DNA of 64,000 bases. Origin: Ascoidea asiatica JCM 7603. Lineage: Eukaryota; Fungi; Ascomycota. A model generated the notes under the pieces. The model saw only the letters and a program-made list of their open reading frames with translations, ran no database searches and was not told the origin of the DNA. The DNA lies in NCBI GenBank assembly GCA_001600695.1, contig BCKQ01000001.1, positions 1,809,066 through 1,873,065 on the forward strand, in the 5' to 3' direction. Within the stretch, counting starts at the first letter, position 1. Each line of letters opens with the position of its first letter. Made by a program: the position numbers and the translations under genes. Positions 1-13,766 of the stretch are shown in pieces.

Positions 1-978
1 ATAACTGGCTGGCTTAAAATAATAGTGATAATAATAAAATTTAGCTAAAGAATTGTGATGGGTTACTGGAGTCACTAACGTTACAGAATCCTGGTAAAAT
101 TGCTTCAAAATTAAAAGAAAATGAATCAATTCCAATGTGAAAATGGAAAAGAATTGATAAAAAATCGACAATCTTTGAATATTTTTCTTTGTCGATACTT
201 TGCGGTAAGACTTTTTGATAGTTTTCTTTAATAATAAGCTTTGATAACGATTTCAAAATCTGATTCGGGATTTGAAACAAAACTTCAACAAAAATGAAAT
301 AAACAGACAGAAAGTAAGAAAGTAAAGAGGAGTATTTTTACTACTGTCGTGGGGGTTGTAGTGCTAGTTATACTGCTAGTTATGTTTATATTACTCATAT
401 GAATTTTGTTTGGAAGAAACGTTGCAAATCAAATTCATTTTTAGTATCTATTCCATATGAACTATAGAAAGTAGAAGATCGAATGAAACTGAATATCAGT
501 GCTTGGTCTAAATTCGATCAAAGAACCCAGTTGGGAAAAGTTAGTTAAAACTTAGTTGGTTTACTTAGTTCAAGTTAGCTCAAATTAGCCTTTGTTCAGT
601 AGTTAGCATCTTTTTACTATTCAATTCTGTTGGTTCAATCAAAATAAGTTCTTGAAAAGTGAAATTATTGCACTCTATTTTCATCAGAGCAACTTCAATC
701 AAATAAAGTAACTAATACTACTACTAATACTACTGAGTAGTATAATATTAATTCCCTTTAAATTTGTTTGTAAATGTATTCAATGTTTCTACAATCTTAA
801 TTTTTTTCAATCATTGAATTATAAATACTTTAATAAATCTTGACTCTTTTAAATATTATTTTTGAAACTAATTTTATCCATAATATAATATTATTATATA
901 AATTAAGTAATATTCCCTTAAATATCTACTGAATAAATAATTTTTTAAACTTTTATCTTATTTTCAATTTATTCACTT

Positions 979-1013
979 ACAAGATACAAGATACAAGATA
1001 CAAGATACAAGAT
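979..1013 (+). repeat. (ACAAGAT)5 tandem repeat just upstream of the globin ATG
   Basis: Five perfect 7-mers read directly from the sequence. Confidence 0.9.
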
Positions 1014-1028
1014 AACAATATATTTCCA

Positions 1029-2834
1029 ATGAATAAACAAAGATTATATAGTAATGAACCAATGTTAAATTCTTCATTTCCAAGATCTTCTGTAATGATA
1101 AATAAAATTTCTTTAGATCCTTCTTTAAATCCATCAAATTTAAATTCAAATTATAAAATAAATTTAAAAAATCGTCAATTAAATGATATTCATAATATAA
1201 AATATCATTTTGATCAAGATAAATATAAAATTTCATTGATTTTAACTCAAAGAGAAATTAGATTAATTAGATCTTCTTGGGATAAAATGGTTTCAAGAAC
1301 TTTTTTAAATTATAGTGATGAATATTATTATAATTATAATAATAATTCTTATGATGATGATGATGATGATGACGATGATGACTTACGTGATAATAATAAT
1401 AAAGATAACGATAACGACAACGATAATGATAATCATTCTCTTTTTTCTTCTTTTTCATTCAATTCAAACTATAATAATAATATTAAAAGTAAAAATAATA
1501 ATAAAATAAATATTAATAAAGAAGTTAAAACAACATATACTGATTCTTCATTATTATGTGAACAATTATATCTTAATTTATTATCAATGCAACCAGATTT
1601 AGAAAAATTATTTCCTTCAATAAAACATCAAGCTTCTTCATTTGCTGGTGTTATAAGAACTGCAATTTTAAATTTAGAAAATTTATCTGTTTTATCTGAT
1701 TATTTAAATGAATTAGGTAAAAAACATTCAAGAATTTTAGGAATTGAACCTGTAGATTTTGAATTATTTGCTGATGCTTTATTAAAAACTTTTCATGATA
1801 GATTTGGTTTAGATTTTTCAATTGAATTAGAAGATTCTTGGGCTAAATTATATACTTTTTTAGCAAATAGTATCTTACAAGGTGGTCTTGATCCAATACT
1901 TGATTTAACTTCAAATAATAATGGAAATAATAATGGTAATATTAATCAAAATGAAATTGAAAATTTTAATGATAATGATAATAATAATGATAATAATAAT
2001 GACAATGATAATATAAGTATAGAAAATAATAATGAATTAAATGAATATAGATTTTCAACTGGTTCTTCAAATATTTCTTCAGATGCATCTTCAACATTTG
2101 ATTTTCCAATAGAATCAACAACTGAAAATAATATAACTAGTAAAAGTATGAGTGGAACTTCATTAAGTTCTTCAATTTCAACTTCAAATTCAAATTCAAT
2201 TTCAAATAATAAAAAATTATATTCAAAATTCAATAATAATAATAATAAAAATAATTATAATAATAATAATAATTATATTACTAAAACAAATACAAATTTT
2301 AATACAATTTCATCATTTTCTAATGAAGATAATGATTCGATTTTATTAAAAGAATCAAAAAAACAAAAAAAATCATTAAGTAAATTCAAAAGGAAAACTT
2401 CTTTAAGTAATATCTCAAATAATTTTTCCAATGATATCAATGATAATCAATATAATTATACTTATAACAATAACAATAAAACAATTTATAATAAGACATC
2501 AGTTCCTCCAATACTGTCATTACCTTTATCATCTTCAACTTCTTTAACTTATTCAAGAAATCCATTAAATGTACCAAATTTTAAAAAAAATTTAAGTATT
2601 GAAGAAATTAATAATAATAATAATAATAAAAATAGAAATAATAGTGAAATGAATTCTTTTACATTTTTATCATCAAAGAAAAAAGATCGAATTTCATTAA
2701 CTTCAAGATTAATGGGTGGTAAATCAACTAAAATTAAAAAGACTTCTTTAGTAAATATTGATGAATATAAAATGCAACAAAATAAATTAAATGATAAAGA
2801 AAATCAATCAGAAGAGGAATGTGTTATAATGTGA
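1029..2834 (+). CDS. Globin-domain heme-binding protein with C-terminal CaaX box (YNL234W-like)
   Basis: A helix LTQREIRLIRSSWDKM, then B10 Tyr (QLYLNL), CD1 Phe (KLFP), E7 Gln (KHQA), proximal F8 His (GKKHSR), H helix (SWAKLYTFLAN). Long Asn/Ser-rich tail ending CVIM. Confidence 0.85.
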   Translation: MNKQRLYSNEPMLNSSFPRSSVMINKISLDPSLNPSNLNSNYKINLKNRQLNDIHNIKYHFDQDKYKISLILTQREIRLIRSSWDKMVSRTFLNYSDEYYYNYNNNSYDDDDDDDDDDLRDNNNKDNDNDNDNDNHSLFSSFSFNSNYNNNIKSKNNNKININKEVKTTYTDSSLLCEQLYLNLLSMQPDLEKLFPSIKHQASSFAGVIRTAILNLENLSVLSDYLNELGKKHSRILGIEPVDFELFADALLKTFHDRFGLDFSIELEDSWAKLYTFLANSILQGGLDPILDLTSNNNGNNNGNINQNEIENFNDNDNNNDNNNDNDNISIENNNELNEYRFSTGSSNISSDASSTFDFPIESTTENNITSKSMSGTSLSSSISTSNSNSISNNKKLYSKFNNNNNKNNYNNNNNYITKTNTNFNTISSFSNEDNDSILLKESKKQKKSLSKFKRKTSLSNISNNFSNDINDNQYNYTYNNNNKTIYNKTSVPPILSLPLSSSTSLTYSRNPLNVPNFKKNLSIEEINNNNNNKNRNNSEMNSFTFLSSKKKDRISLTSRLMGGKSTKIKKTSLVNIDEYKMQQNKLNDKENQSEEECVIM

Positions 2835-4915
2835 TAATATGATATTGCAAGAATATTTACATAAAAATTGAATTATTAAGTAGTTTCAAAATTTATAATG
2901 GATTCTTGCATTTATAAAATTTTTTTTTTTTATGTATTTTTAGTATACCAATCAACCTTTAGTTTTTTTTTTTCGAGATCTGTTTTTTTCTTTTATTTTA
3001 CTTTTATCATAAATGAAATTCATTTTTGATTTTACTTCCTATATAATAACCATTAATAATTATATTTAGTTACTTGAATTAAAAATGTATATCACTACTT
3101 TCGATAATATTATTGTTAATAATGAGGGGATCTTTTGTTATCAGTCTAAAAGGTATCTCTTCAGCAATGAAGTGGCTTTTTTTTCCTTTGCTACTTCCCT
3201 TCTGAGTAAAAAATTATTTGACATGAATAAATTATGTGTTTTCAATTTATGTACTGTTTATATAAATTATAGAAAATATTATTATAATAGCTGTGCATTA
3301 TTCCTATTTGTTTTTGTCCTAGGTAAACAATTGGAGATTTTGAAATTCCTAAAAATTAGTGAGACTTCTAAAAAATATATTTAGTTTCTTTAATGTAAAG
3401 TTGTCTAACCTCAAATTTTGTCCATTCATGAAAATTGTCTTGGAATTTCTTTAATAAACTATTTAAAAAAATAACCAAAGAAATTATATGAAAATATATA
3501 GAATGTAATATTTAAGACATATATGAAATATCATATGATATTTTATTCATTATTCTCCTAGTCTAATTGATTTCTAGTTTTGAAATAATAGATGATAACT
3601 TCGATTATTTTATTTTCTAATTCCAAGATCTACTGTTGAAATGATGATGGAAAGAAATAAATTACAAAAGATGTTATAAATTTCAGTTGTGGAACAAGAA
3701 AAAGAATTTGCAAGCATTAAATTCTGATTTTAATTGTTTCTAGAAACTGATATAATTTCCTGTTTGGGAAAACCTTTATCTTGGTTAAAATGTAATTGAA
3801 CATTCTTTTCCTATCAATTAAAAAAAAATAATGATCATAGAAACTAAAACGAACTCAATAAAAGAAGAGTCGTTTAATAGTAAATCGATCTGTTTCACAA
3901 AATTCACCTAATTTTTAATCGGTTTAGATTCGGCTTTGAATCAACTTACTCAGCTTTGATTCAATTTTTGTTTCTTTGATTTCATTTTTGATTTCCACAA
4001 AATATAAGAAAAACTATTTAACCCACAATGGTGGTAATACTTTATGACAGATTAATACGTGCGTGCGCATAAAACCTTTTTTTACAATTGCATGAAGACA
4101 CTTTAGTTTCTAATCCAAATTCATGGGTCTAATGCTTACTGACGCTTGAATACATTTGATTTGGAGTTACGAGGCTAATTGATGGCTCATGTGTGGCATA
4201 TTAAAGATATGTTGAAGGCTGATGTAATTGTAAAAGATCCATATTCCTGGAGTCTAGGGCTCTATATATTTTCGCCTTTTTCCTTGCGGGGTGCTTTTGT
4301 TTTTGCGCTGAACCAAACAACTCAATCTGCTTCTGATTGAAAACTGAAAACTGAAAAAAAGCATTTGATTTACTTTAATTTTAAGTGATTTGATTTGATT
4401 CAACTTCGTTTAAAATCATTTTCATTTGGTAGTTTTGATATATATTCAACCAGTGTTTTATCATCATTCATGTCAAAAATCTATTGATTCAATCCTGTGA
4501 TAGAATTCTCAACATTTATTATGCTCAAGCTGGGTCAATTCCAATTCACTTTCATACAGCCCGTCTGGCGTCCGCTTATCTTATTCTTTGACCATTAAAA
4601 TCTAAATTTTAAATAATTTTGTTTTTTTTCTGCTAAATTTATCTCCTTTTATAATAAATCTGCTTGACTCTGCAATAAAAATATACAATTTACATTTGGT
4701 ATATTTAAATCAATCAATAATCTTTTCAATAATCCTTTTTCATTCTTTATATTTTTGACTTTAATCAAATTGATTTAATCATCTCAAACATATCATCTTC
4801 AATAACTTTGATTCAGTTTGATAACAACTATTTTAATTTCAACTTCAAACTTAATTTCAAGAATTATATATAATAAGAAGCAAATATCAATGAATTCCAT
4901 AAATTTTTTTTAAAA

Positions 4916-5887
4916 ATGTCAAAAACTGAAAAAATCAATGAATCTGATTTAATAAAAAGAAATCAAAAACATGATTCGAATCTTCAAAAAAAAGAAATAA
5001 GAATAGAAAAAACCAAAGAAAATGAGAAATTAGAAGAAAAGTTTATCAAAACTACCAAATTTCCAAAAATTTCAATTTCAAATTCAAATTCAAATTCAAA
5101 TGAAAAAAATAAAATCAATTTAAAATTGTTTGAAAAATTCAATTATTTAATAAAAATAATCTCAGCAAAGGATATATATATTAAAATTTCAAAAAATTTT
5201 GAACCTGATAGATATGATACAACTATTGCTTTTATTGCTTATTCATCATTAGTAATTTCTCAATTGATTAAATTAACTTTACCAATTTTAATTAAATATA
5301 AAATTTTATCAAATTTTAAAACAATTAAATCTAATCAATTTAATAATAATCTTAATCAAATCTCAAATAATTTAGATTCAATTTATACATATATTGCAGA
5401 TATTAGAATATTTAATAGATTATTTTTATTACCTTCAATGACACCATCATTTATATCATTATTTGAAAATAATATTAAAAATAATATTAAAAGTAATAGA
5501 ATTGAAAATTTAACTATATTTATTGATTATTTTACACAATTTTTTGAAAATATTGCATTTTTAGGTGATCATAAATTTATTGGAAATTATTTATATGAAA
5601 AAAGTTTATTAAATTATCAAATTTCTTCAATTTTTTGGTTATTAGGTATATTATTATCAATTTATAAATCAAAAAGTTTTAAATCAAAAAAATTATATAA
5701 ATTAAAAAATTTCAATTTCAATTTTAATTTTAATGAAAATTTAATTAATTTTTTAAATATTCCATTAGCAATTCATTGGGCTTTAAAAGATGGATGTTTA
5801 AATAAATTTACAATTGGATTTTTAGGTTTATTAACTGTTTGGAAAGAAAATTTAAATAATTGGAATGAAGTTTATAGAATTTCATAA
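4916..5887 (+). CDS. Pex11-superfamily peroxisomal membrane protein (Pex11C/Pex34-like)
   Basis: IADIRIFNRLF, QFFENIAFLGDHK, SSIFWLLGILL and NIPLAIHWAL..G resemble fungal Pex11C-type proteins; two C-terminal hydrophobic segments. Confidence 0.6.
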   Translation: MSKTEKINESDLIKRNQKHDSNLQKKEIRIEKTKENEKLEEKFIKTTKFPKISISNSNSNSNEKNKINLKLFEKFNYLIKIISAKDIYIKISKNFEPDRYDTTIAFIAYSSLVISQLIKLTLPILIKYKILSNFKTIKSNQFNNNLNQISNNLDSIYTYIADIRIFNRLFLLPSMTPSFISLFENNIKNNIKSNRIENLTIFIDYFTQFFENIAFLGDHKFIGNYLYEKSLLNYQISSIFWLLGILLSIYKSKSFKSKKLYKLKNFNFNFNFNENLINFLNIPLAIHWALKDGCLNKFTIGFLGLLTVWKENLNNWNEVYRIS

Positions 5888-5946
5888 AATATAAAAAAAC
5901 AAACATTAGATTATTATTATTATTATTATTATTATTATTGAAAATA

Positions 5947-6753
5947 TTAAAAACGATGAGATATATGATTATCATTTAAAGTAATATCATCTTCATTAGT
6001 TTTATTACTATTTAAATCATTTGATAAAATATTTTTTGAAAATATTTTTGGATAAAAATCATAACATAAATTTAATAAATAAATTCCATACCAAAATGAT
6101 AAAGTCCATTCACAAATTGCACTTGCTTTTTTCTTTTTTTTTTCCATACCAATTCCAAAACCAAGAGCTAAACCAATTGCAATTATACACCAAATTGATT
6201 TAAAAATTCCAGAATTTGTTAAATAATTATATTTTTTAATATTTTTATTATTAAAAAATTTTTGATTTTTATTTAATTTATAATAATTTAAACCCATTGA
6301 AATATGTTCAGCAGTTAAAGATATACAACTAAAAAAAATTCCAGCAACAAAAAGTGAAACCATAATAATATGAACATGATGAAAATTATTTGTATTAAAA
6401 ATTGAACAAAATAAAATACCAAATTGACCAATAATACAAAAAATAATTGATAAATAACTTAAAACAATTTCATAATTTTTAAAATTTTTTTGTAATTTAC
6501 CAGTTTTTCTAAGATGTCTTTTAAAAATTAAAGCTAAAATAAAAAAAATTGCTTGAAATCCAGCACATGAAATAAATAAAGGTTGTAAATTAGTTGCACC
6601 AATATCAGAAATATAAATAGGAAATTGATCTTTAGACATAAACCAATAAATTGGATGACCTTGAAAAGACCAACAAGCTAACATTGCAATTAACATACCA
6701 TACCAAACAATCAAAGCTACACTTGGAATCATCCAATAATGAAAGATTTTCAT
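5947..6753 (-). CDS. SFK1: Sfk1 (Frag1/DRAM/Sfk1 family) plasma-membrane protein
   Basis: WYGMLIAML..W..QGHPIYWFM, YISDIGATNLQPLFISC, six TM segments, SAICEWTLSFWY. Confidence 0.9.
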   Translation of the reverse strand: MKIFHYWMIPSVALIVWYGMLIAMLACWSFQGHPIYWFMSKDQFPIYISDIGATNLQPLFISCAGFQAIFFILALIFKRHLRKTGKLQKNFKNYEIVLSYLSIIFCIIGQFGILFCSIFNTNNFHHVHIIMVSLFVAGIFFSCISLTAEHISMGLNYYKLNKNQKFFNNKNIKKYNYLTNSGIFKSIWCIIAIGLALGFGIGMEKKKKKASAICEWTLSFWYGIYLLNLCYDFYPKIFSKNILSNDLNSNKTNEDDITLNDNHISHRF

Positions 6754-7289
6754 TTTTGAAGAATTTAATTTTTATATTCTAATGTGATTTTTAAAAATGA
6801 ATTGAAACATTTATTACCTTTATGAGGAGGGAGTATTTTTTTTTTCTATTTGATTTACATAAATAAAAATATGTTAGTTATAATTGAAATCAAGACAAAA
6901 TAAAACATCAATTCACATTAATCATTGATAAAGTAATACATACACTTATGAATAATATATGGGATGATTTCAAGTCTTCATTGTTTAAATGAAGAAGAGA
7001 CAAAAAAAAAAGAATATATAAACTGAATCAATTTAGAATTGAAGAAGTTGTTTGAATAAAAATTAAGCGCCAAATTCCATACATTTAAATATTAACTAAA
7101 TAAAGAATGTTGATTATTTATTATTTATTATTGATTATTGATTATTGATTATTGATTATTGATTATTATTTTGATAAACAGTTATTCAAGTAAAGAAGGT
7201 GTAAAATAAGCAATCAGGTTAAATTGAACTTGGGAAGAGATCACTCAGTCTCTGAAGATCTGAAATTTGCACTGAAGCTTTGAAATTGC

Positions 7290-7590
7290 AACTTTTGTCT
7301 TGTGCAATTTCCTCTGCAATTTCCTCTGCAATTTCCTCTGCAATTTCCTCTGCTTACAGACGACCCGAAATAACCACGGATTTAATTACGTAATGCCCAG
7401 CCAGTCAAGCGAACAGCCGGAAAAAGTGCCGCAGAGGCCGCAGAGGCCGCAGAGGCCGTTTGGCTGGGTCTGGTCTGGTCACGGGACGCGGCGCGAGGAA
7501 AGCTGGAAACATCCGGAAACATCCGGAAACAAGAAACAGAGCTTGATCCAAGAAAACCCACAAAACTGGCGAGTAGGGCTCTGTATGAGG
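7290..7590. promoter_or_regulatory. GC-rich island upstream of SFK1 with local tandem repeats and GGTCACGGGA (7477-7486)
   Basis: Abrupt GC rise; (TGCAATTTCCTC)4, (GCCGCAGAG)3, (GGAAACATCC)2. Confidence 0.6.
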
Positions 7591-8595
7591 ATTACTTTAA
7601 TCATTTGACCAAATTTGGTTTACTGGTAACAGTTGGGCTATTAAAGTTATTTAAGCTTTTTGGTAGACTGTAAAAAGTATAGTACTGCTTTTTTTTTTTT
7701 CATTTATTACTTTTTTATTGATTATTTTTCGAGGAAGAATATATTATATGTACTAAATATACTATAATTTATGTTGAATTACTTCTTTCTATTGAATGAC
7801 TTTAGAAATTGAATAATTATAACATAATGAATGAATTTATAAGAATGTGCTATATAACTTTTTGAAACTAAGAGTAAAATATTGAAAACATATAAAATAT
7901 ATAAAATAAAGTTCTTTTTCTATTCATCTTTTAATCTTATATTCTTTTATTTTTTTTAATTTGAATATGACTTGAAGTTTATAAATTCAAAGAATTTTTC
8001 ATAGTCATTATAGTATAGTTGTTAAATTTGAATTTTTAATTTCTATTCAATCTTTTAAATTGAAAAAATTCAAAAGTTCAATTGAAAAGACTGAATAGAA
8101 ATTAAATATATTGTACAAAGCCATTAGTAAAAATATAAATTATTTGAAAAATAAAATAAAGAAAAGACAAGTTGATAAAATGAAAAAGAGAAAGAGTAAA
8201 AAGAATGAAAATTGAAAAAAAAACAAAATAAAATAAAATAGAATAACTATTGATATTGTATTTTTTTTTTTTCTTTTTCCATTAATTTCCACTTCAAATA
8301 TAATTAAAATATTGAAAGGATTAACTCTGAAGAAATTTTAAAGGATCTATCTAAATATGAGGTTTGAAAAAAATAATAAAAACGAGTAAAAATTCAAAAA
8401 AAAAATATTAAAAATCTTAACAAAAATATTAAAAGTAATTAAAAGTAACTTAAAAAAATAAAAATAAACAAATAAAAGATAATAATAATCATAATAATAA
8501 TAAAAATAGAACTAAATTAGTTTGTTGATAAAATCAGTTAAAAATGTTAATGAATTAAATAAGATTCAAAAAATGTAAAACATCCACTTTCGAAT

Positions 8596-10527
8596 TTACA
8601 TATCTTTATTACCTTTTTGAGATTCGGAATTTGTTTTTTCCTCTGAAACTTCATTATTTGTAATTGTTTGTTTATTTACTGGTTCTTTCGAATGATCTAT
8701 TGATATTGAAGTAGATATAGAGCTTTCATTAGGAATTGAATTAGAATTCAAATTAGCATTATATTCATTATGAATCAGACTTGAGTTTAAATTCTGATTA
8801 ATATTATGAATTGAATTACTAGCCTGTGTGTGACTTAAAATTAAATTTGCTGATGTATTTACCTCGTCTCGATGTGAGCTTGAAATTATATTATTTTCAT
8901 TATTTATTGAATTAGAATAATTATAAGAGTTATTTTCAAAATTTCCAGTGAATTGTGATACAACATTTGAATATTGTTGTCTAGATTGAAATTGTTGAGG
9001 CTGTTGAGATTGCTGAAAATATCGATATTGGGATAAATCATAATATTGATATTGTTGACTTTGACTTTGATTTTCTTGAGATGTATTTAAATTTGAATCT
9101 ACACCTATATTTTCTATCCCTGAAACTGGAGTCACAGAAATTTCATTTGATCCTGAAGTTGAATTAACCACCTTATCTTTAGTTATTTTTTCAACTATAG
9201 CAGAAGAATTTATAGAGTTTGCAGTATTTGTAATATCTGTAATATTTGTAGTATTTGAAGTTTCTGAAATATTAGATATTTGAGTGGATGGTTCGGAGGA
9301 AGAAGCTGAAACTGATGTGGGTATATCACTTTCAGAAATACTATTTCTCATAATAGGATTTTGTATTAAAGTACGATTTGAGTCTGGATTTGAATTTGAA
9401 TTTGAATTTAAATTTGAATCTGAATTTGGATTTGGATTTGGATTTGGATTTAAATTTGGATTTAAATTTGAATCTTCGGCTAAAACTGGACTAGATCCAG
9501 CATCAATTGATAATTTTGGAAAATTTCCAGGTGTTAAAGGAAAATAAGTTGAAGAAGTTGTATCCATTGGAGAATCAACTATAACTCTTTTAATATCTCT
9601 TACAAAAAGAGGATATAACATATCAACTATACCTTCTTTTTGAGCTAAAGATAAAGCTCTTTCAAATGGTATCCAAACACCTTTTAAATGCATTGAACCA
9701 ACTTTTACAACAATTCTATTTCTTTCTGCTTTTAATATACCATCTCTTCTACCTCTTGTCATATTAGCAACATTTAATAATTTTGTACCATTTATCATAT
9801 TATTATCATCTCTTCTGACAACAGATACACCAATTGCATCTACTTGATAACATAATGTTTGTTCATCTTCCCACATTGTTGTTGTTACTTTTGGTCTTAC
9901 TGCAGTTCGATGAAATTGACCAATTTGTGAAATTTCTGGATTTGAAGTTGTATTAGGTAATTGAGGAACTGGTGGTAAACCAAATGGATTTGAATTAAAA
10001 AAATATGGTAAAGGACGTTGAGAAACATTTGGATTGAAATTTACAGGATAATTTTCACCATGAGGAATCAATTGTGATTGTTGAGGTATAGGTGGTAATG
10101 AGGGTGGTTGAGGCTGTTGTTGTTGTTGGAGGGGTTGCTGTTGTAGTGGTGGCTGTTGTAGCGGTTGTGGTTGTAATTGATTTGGATAAAAATAATAAGG
10201 ATTATATGAAGGATACTTATAATAATTTTGATTAGGTGAAGTTGGAAATTGATTAGGTTGTAAATAAATAGGTTGAGGATTTAGAGATTGAATTGGAGTT
10301 TGTTGTCGATAAGGAGTATTTGAAAATTGAGGAAAAGGTTCATTTAAATTTGAAGGTTGTTGAATTGAAGTTTGTTGTGGATAAGTAGGATTTGAGAATT
10401 GAGTATTTGATTCATTTAAAATATTTGATTGAATTTGAGTTGATTTATTAGAATTTTTATCAGGTTTCGAATTATTTGGAACATTATTTATATTGGAAGT
10501 AGTTGATGGAGAATTAGGAATTGACAT
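8596..10527 (-). CDS. EFG1: APSES transcription factor (Efg1/Sok2/Phd1/StuA family)
   Basis: [78 protein letters not shown] is the canonical APSES domain; Q/P-rich flanks; about 3.5 kb upstream intergenic. Exact orthologue (EFG1 vs SOK2/PHD1) uncertain. Confidence 0.9.
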   Translation of the reverse strand: MSIPNSPSTTSNINNVPNNSKPDKNSNKSTQIQSNILNESNTQFSNPTYPQQTSIQQPSNLNEPFPQFSNTPYRQQTPIQSLNPQPIYLQPNQFPTSPNQNYYKYPSYNPYYFYPNQLQPQPLQQPPLQQQPLQQQQQPQPPSLPPIPQQSQLIPHGENYPVNFNPNVSQRPLPYFFNSNPFGLPPVPQLPNTTSNPEISQIGQFHRTAVRPKVTTTMWEDEQTLCYQVDAIGVSVVRRDDNNMINGTKLLNVANMTRGRRDGILKAERNRIVVKVGSMHLKGVWIPFERALSLAQKEGIVDMLYPLFVRDIKRVIVDSPMDTTSSTYFPLTPGNFPKLSIDAGSSPVLAEDSNLNPNLNPNPNPNPNSDSNLNSNSNSNPDSNRTLIQNPIMRNSISESDIPTSVSASSSEPSTQISNISETSNTTNITDITNTANSINSSAIVEKITKDKVVNSTSGSNEISVTPVSGIENIGVDSNLNTSQENQSQSQQYQYYDLSQYRYFQQSQQPQQFQSRQQYSNVVSQFTGNFENNSYNYSNSINNENNIISSSHRDEVNTSANLILSHTQASNSIHNINQNLNSSLIHNEYNANLNSNSIPNESSISTSISIDHSKEPVNKQTITNNEVSEEKTNSESQKGNKDM

Positions 10528-13500
10528 TTTTATAATTTATAAGAATAAATAGTATATAATAAGTCGATATAATTTGAGTGTTATTGAATAAGTAATATTG
10601 AGTGATATGAAGTAAGATGTAAGAAAAATAAAATATTGAGTTTTAAGTATAAATAGTTAAGTAATAAATATTAAATATTAAATATTAAATATTGAATATT
10701 GAATATAAAATATTGAATATTATATATGAATGTTTTCTAAATCATTAAATATTTGATATATTATTAAAAATGTATTTAAGATATAGTGTAATATATAATG
10801 TAATATATAACTCTGCATATATTGTACTTTTTTCAAGCCTTTTTTATGATTTTTTTACCTATTTTAATTTTTGAGAGTAAGTATAATATAAAATATGACT
10901 ATTTATAATAATTAGTTAGATAAATTAATATGTTTTGAATTAGATTATAGGAGAAAAAAAGAAAAAAAATTGACTAAAATATTTTGAGAATAAAGCACTA
11001 ATTATAACTGTAATTGTAATTGATTGTAATTTAGTTAGTAAAGAAATAATGAAGAATCTAGAGACAGAATTAAGCAGATTTCGAGAATAATATAGGTTTT
11101 TTTTGTTTAAAATTCTAAAGATAATAAAATTGATCAAATAATTGAATATTTGAATGATTGAAGGATTGATTTATTGATTTATTGATTTATTGATTTATTG
11201 ATAAATTGAGTGATTAAGTGATTTAAAGATTAAGTTCAGAATAAAAAATTAATGACTTAAATTAATAAGCAAATAATTATTCTTTTTTTGTCTTTGATAT
11301 TATTAATATTATTTCGAGTATCAATTCAAGTAATAATTGAATTCTCTAATGCAATTCGATAAAGTTTTGATAAGTTCTAAAAAGTTTTAAAAAGTTTTAA
11401 TAAAATTGAAAAGATTAGGCTGAGTTAATTTTTATGAATTTCTTAGAAAAGCTAAACGCTTCAGGAGTAAAGTTAAATAAAATATTTCTTATTAGTAAGT
11501 ATTAATAAAAATAATGTTATTATTAATAAATGTGTATTATTGGAGAAAATCCAATTGATAGAAAGTAAAAGATTGAATAGGATCAATTAAATGAATATAA
11601 TAATATTTTTGTAAAATTAGTAATTTTTGATAATTTTAACTTGGATAAAATTTTGGTGAACAAATAAATAAATCACCGGAATGAAGTTGCATATTATTAT
11701 TTACAAATCTTCAAAAAAACCAGAAAAAATAAACAAATTGAGTGCGGTAGGTTAAATATTGAAATAAATTGAATATTTGAAATCAATAAAAAATTACGAA
11801 ATTTGAAAAGATTCAAAAAAATTTGAAAAAAAAATTCGACAAAAAAGATAATAATTGATTGATTGATTGATTACAGGTACAAGAATTTCAATATTTGACT
11901 AAGGTACTGAAGATAGCTAAAAAGTAAATGATCTTTCAGAATTTCAAATGAAATTAATAATTAAAAAATTGTGCAGATGAAACAGAATAGTCCTATAATA
12001 CGACAAAAAGTATCTGATATTTCAAGTTAGTAAAGGAATTAGATGCTAAATAAGTGCTATTTATTTTTTTCACATTTTTTTCGATCCAAAAAGTACTGAA
12101 ACATCTGAGCCTTTTGTTCATTTTTTAGCTACTTTTCAATCACTTTTTGATCACTTTTCGATCACTTTTCGATCGTTTTTCGATTACTTTTCAATTACTA
12201 ATTCAGATTGATACTTTCTTTGTTACTTTTTTTCTTTTTTTGCTTTTTTTCCTTTGTTGAAATGTTAAAGCAGTAGCGATAAGGCTAAATGAAAATATTA
12301 AAAAAAAAGGGGCCAGCCAATCGGGAAAGTATGTAGAAAGTTAAGCTCCGAGACTTCTCAGAATAAAATAAGAAAGTATCGTGATCTGCATAGTTTGTTG
12401 TCCATTGAGGTTCATTTCTAACTTGTAATATTAACGTTAGCTACAAAAACAAAAACAGATGCTGTGCTGTCAGGAATAACCGCACAAAACATCGCAGAAA
12501 GCAGAAGCAGCATCGAAGGCAGCACAAACAGCAACAGAAGCAAAGGCAGAGAAAGAAGCAGACACAGAGGCCGTACAGTGCCTAGGAGACACCTCAAAAT
12601 AGTATCAAAATAACCTTAGGACCTAGACCTCAACCAGAGCCAGGAGTGCGGATACTGGCAAAGTTGTAGAGTTCTGTACCGAAGTTGCGGTCAGAGGGTT
12701 CTGACCTACGTTGGATACCTTTGAGAGTTACACTCTGAAATATGTGATTCGTCCTGATATTCTGCCGTTACTTTCAACGTTGCTTACAACGTTACTTATA
12801 AGATTTTACTCAAAGAGCTTCGATATTATCGAAAATCAGACTATATTCATATTATACATAGAAAGCATTTTTGCTTCTAATTCAATATTATATTCAATAC
12901 AATCAGTTCAAGCCTTTTGTGATTGTTATTCGTGAATTTCATTGATTGGAATACAAACTTCGGTTATTTTATTTTTTTTGTTGTAACACAAAACACAAAT
13001 ATAAATTTTAAATAGTTAAAACCAATATCATGGGTCACAATTGAATCAATTTCTAACCTTTAAAAAGTAGTTTGATTGTTTATTCTGTTGCATATGTTTG
13101 TGATAGATATCATGAATAATTTGAATCAATGAAGGATTATTAGGTTTACTCTAAAAAATTTCAGAACTTGACGTTGTTTGGTTTTTGAAAAATTTTAAAA
13201 CTTCAAAAGCACAAATCAAAAAGGCTAGCTAGGTGCTAATATCAATTTATTCATTTGGTTTAAATATTCTTCAACCATTTCTAAATAATAATAAATTTAA
13301 TTAAAATTATTCTAATAATTGAGTAATTTGATTTATTATTTCTAAATCACCAATCAGATTATTTGTAATATACTACTAACTTTTGTAATTTTGCGAGAAT
13401 TATTTTTATTATCTTTCACTACTTGAAAAATATTTTGTTATTTTCTAAAGGAATTCAGTAATATAGTTGATAGTTTTCGATCATTTTTTAGAAACGAAGT

Positions 13501-13766
13501 TCATTGATTCATTAAGTAATAGTATTTGTGAACTCTTAAATCTTATTATTGTTTTGAAAATTTACGAGGGATCAATTTTATATTATTCTTTTTATTCTTG
13601 ATTAACTTCAATGATTTCGAAACCAATCTAATCTATTAACTTCATTATAAAGAGGATTTATTAGATCCGTGCTACTGGTTAAATATTTTTTTAACAGTCA
13701 AATCAGCGATAAGCGAAAATTTAAGAGACCTACACATTCAAATAGAACAAAAAACGAGCTTAGTTA

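Noticed and set aside
41-280. 79-aa minus-strand ORF at the window start
   Set aside because: TTG start, no recognisable motif, no splice signals linking it to an ATG.
1267-2233. Antisense and alternate-frame ORFs inside poly-Asn genes (also 35639-35827, 38038-38290, 52644-52847, 59353-59946)
   Set aside because: Shadows of AAT/GAT triplet repeats giving poly-Ile/Leu frames.
3641-3727. Possible C/D box snoRNA (ATGATGA...CTGA with a weak terminal stem)
   Set aside because: No convincing rRNA-complementary guide next to the D box; boxes this short are expected by chance.
7300-7608. Short ORFs over GC islands (also 38895-39263, 39024-39251, 46590-46955, 56398-56652, 63184-63501)
   Set aside because: Stop-codon depletion from local GC content and tandem repeats; mostly non-ATG starts; codon usage unlike real genes here.
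11008-12032. Two minus-strand TACTAAC with nearby CAG, suggesting a 5'-UTR intron in the APSES gene
   Set aside because: No consensus donor found upstream; the heptamer is expected several times by chance at this composition.
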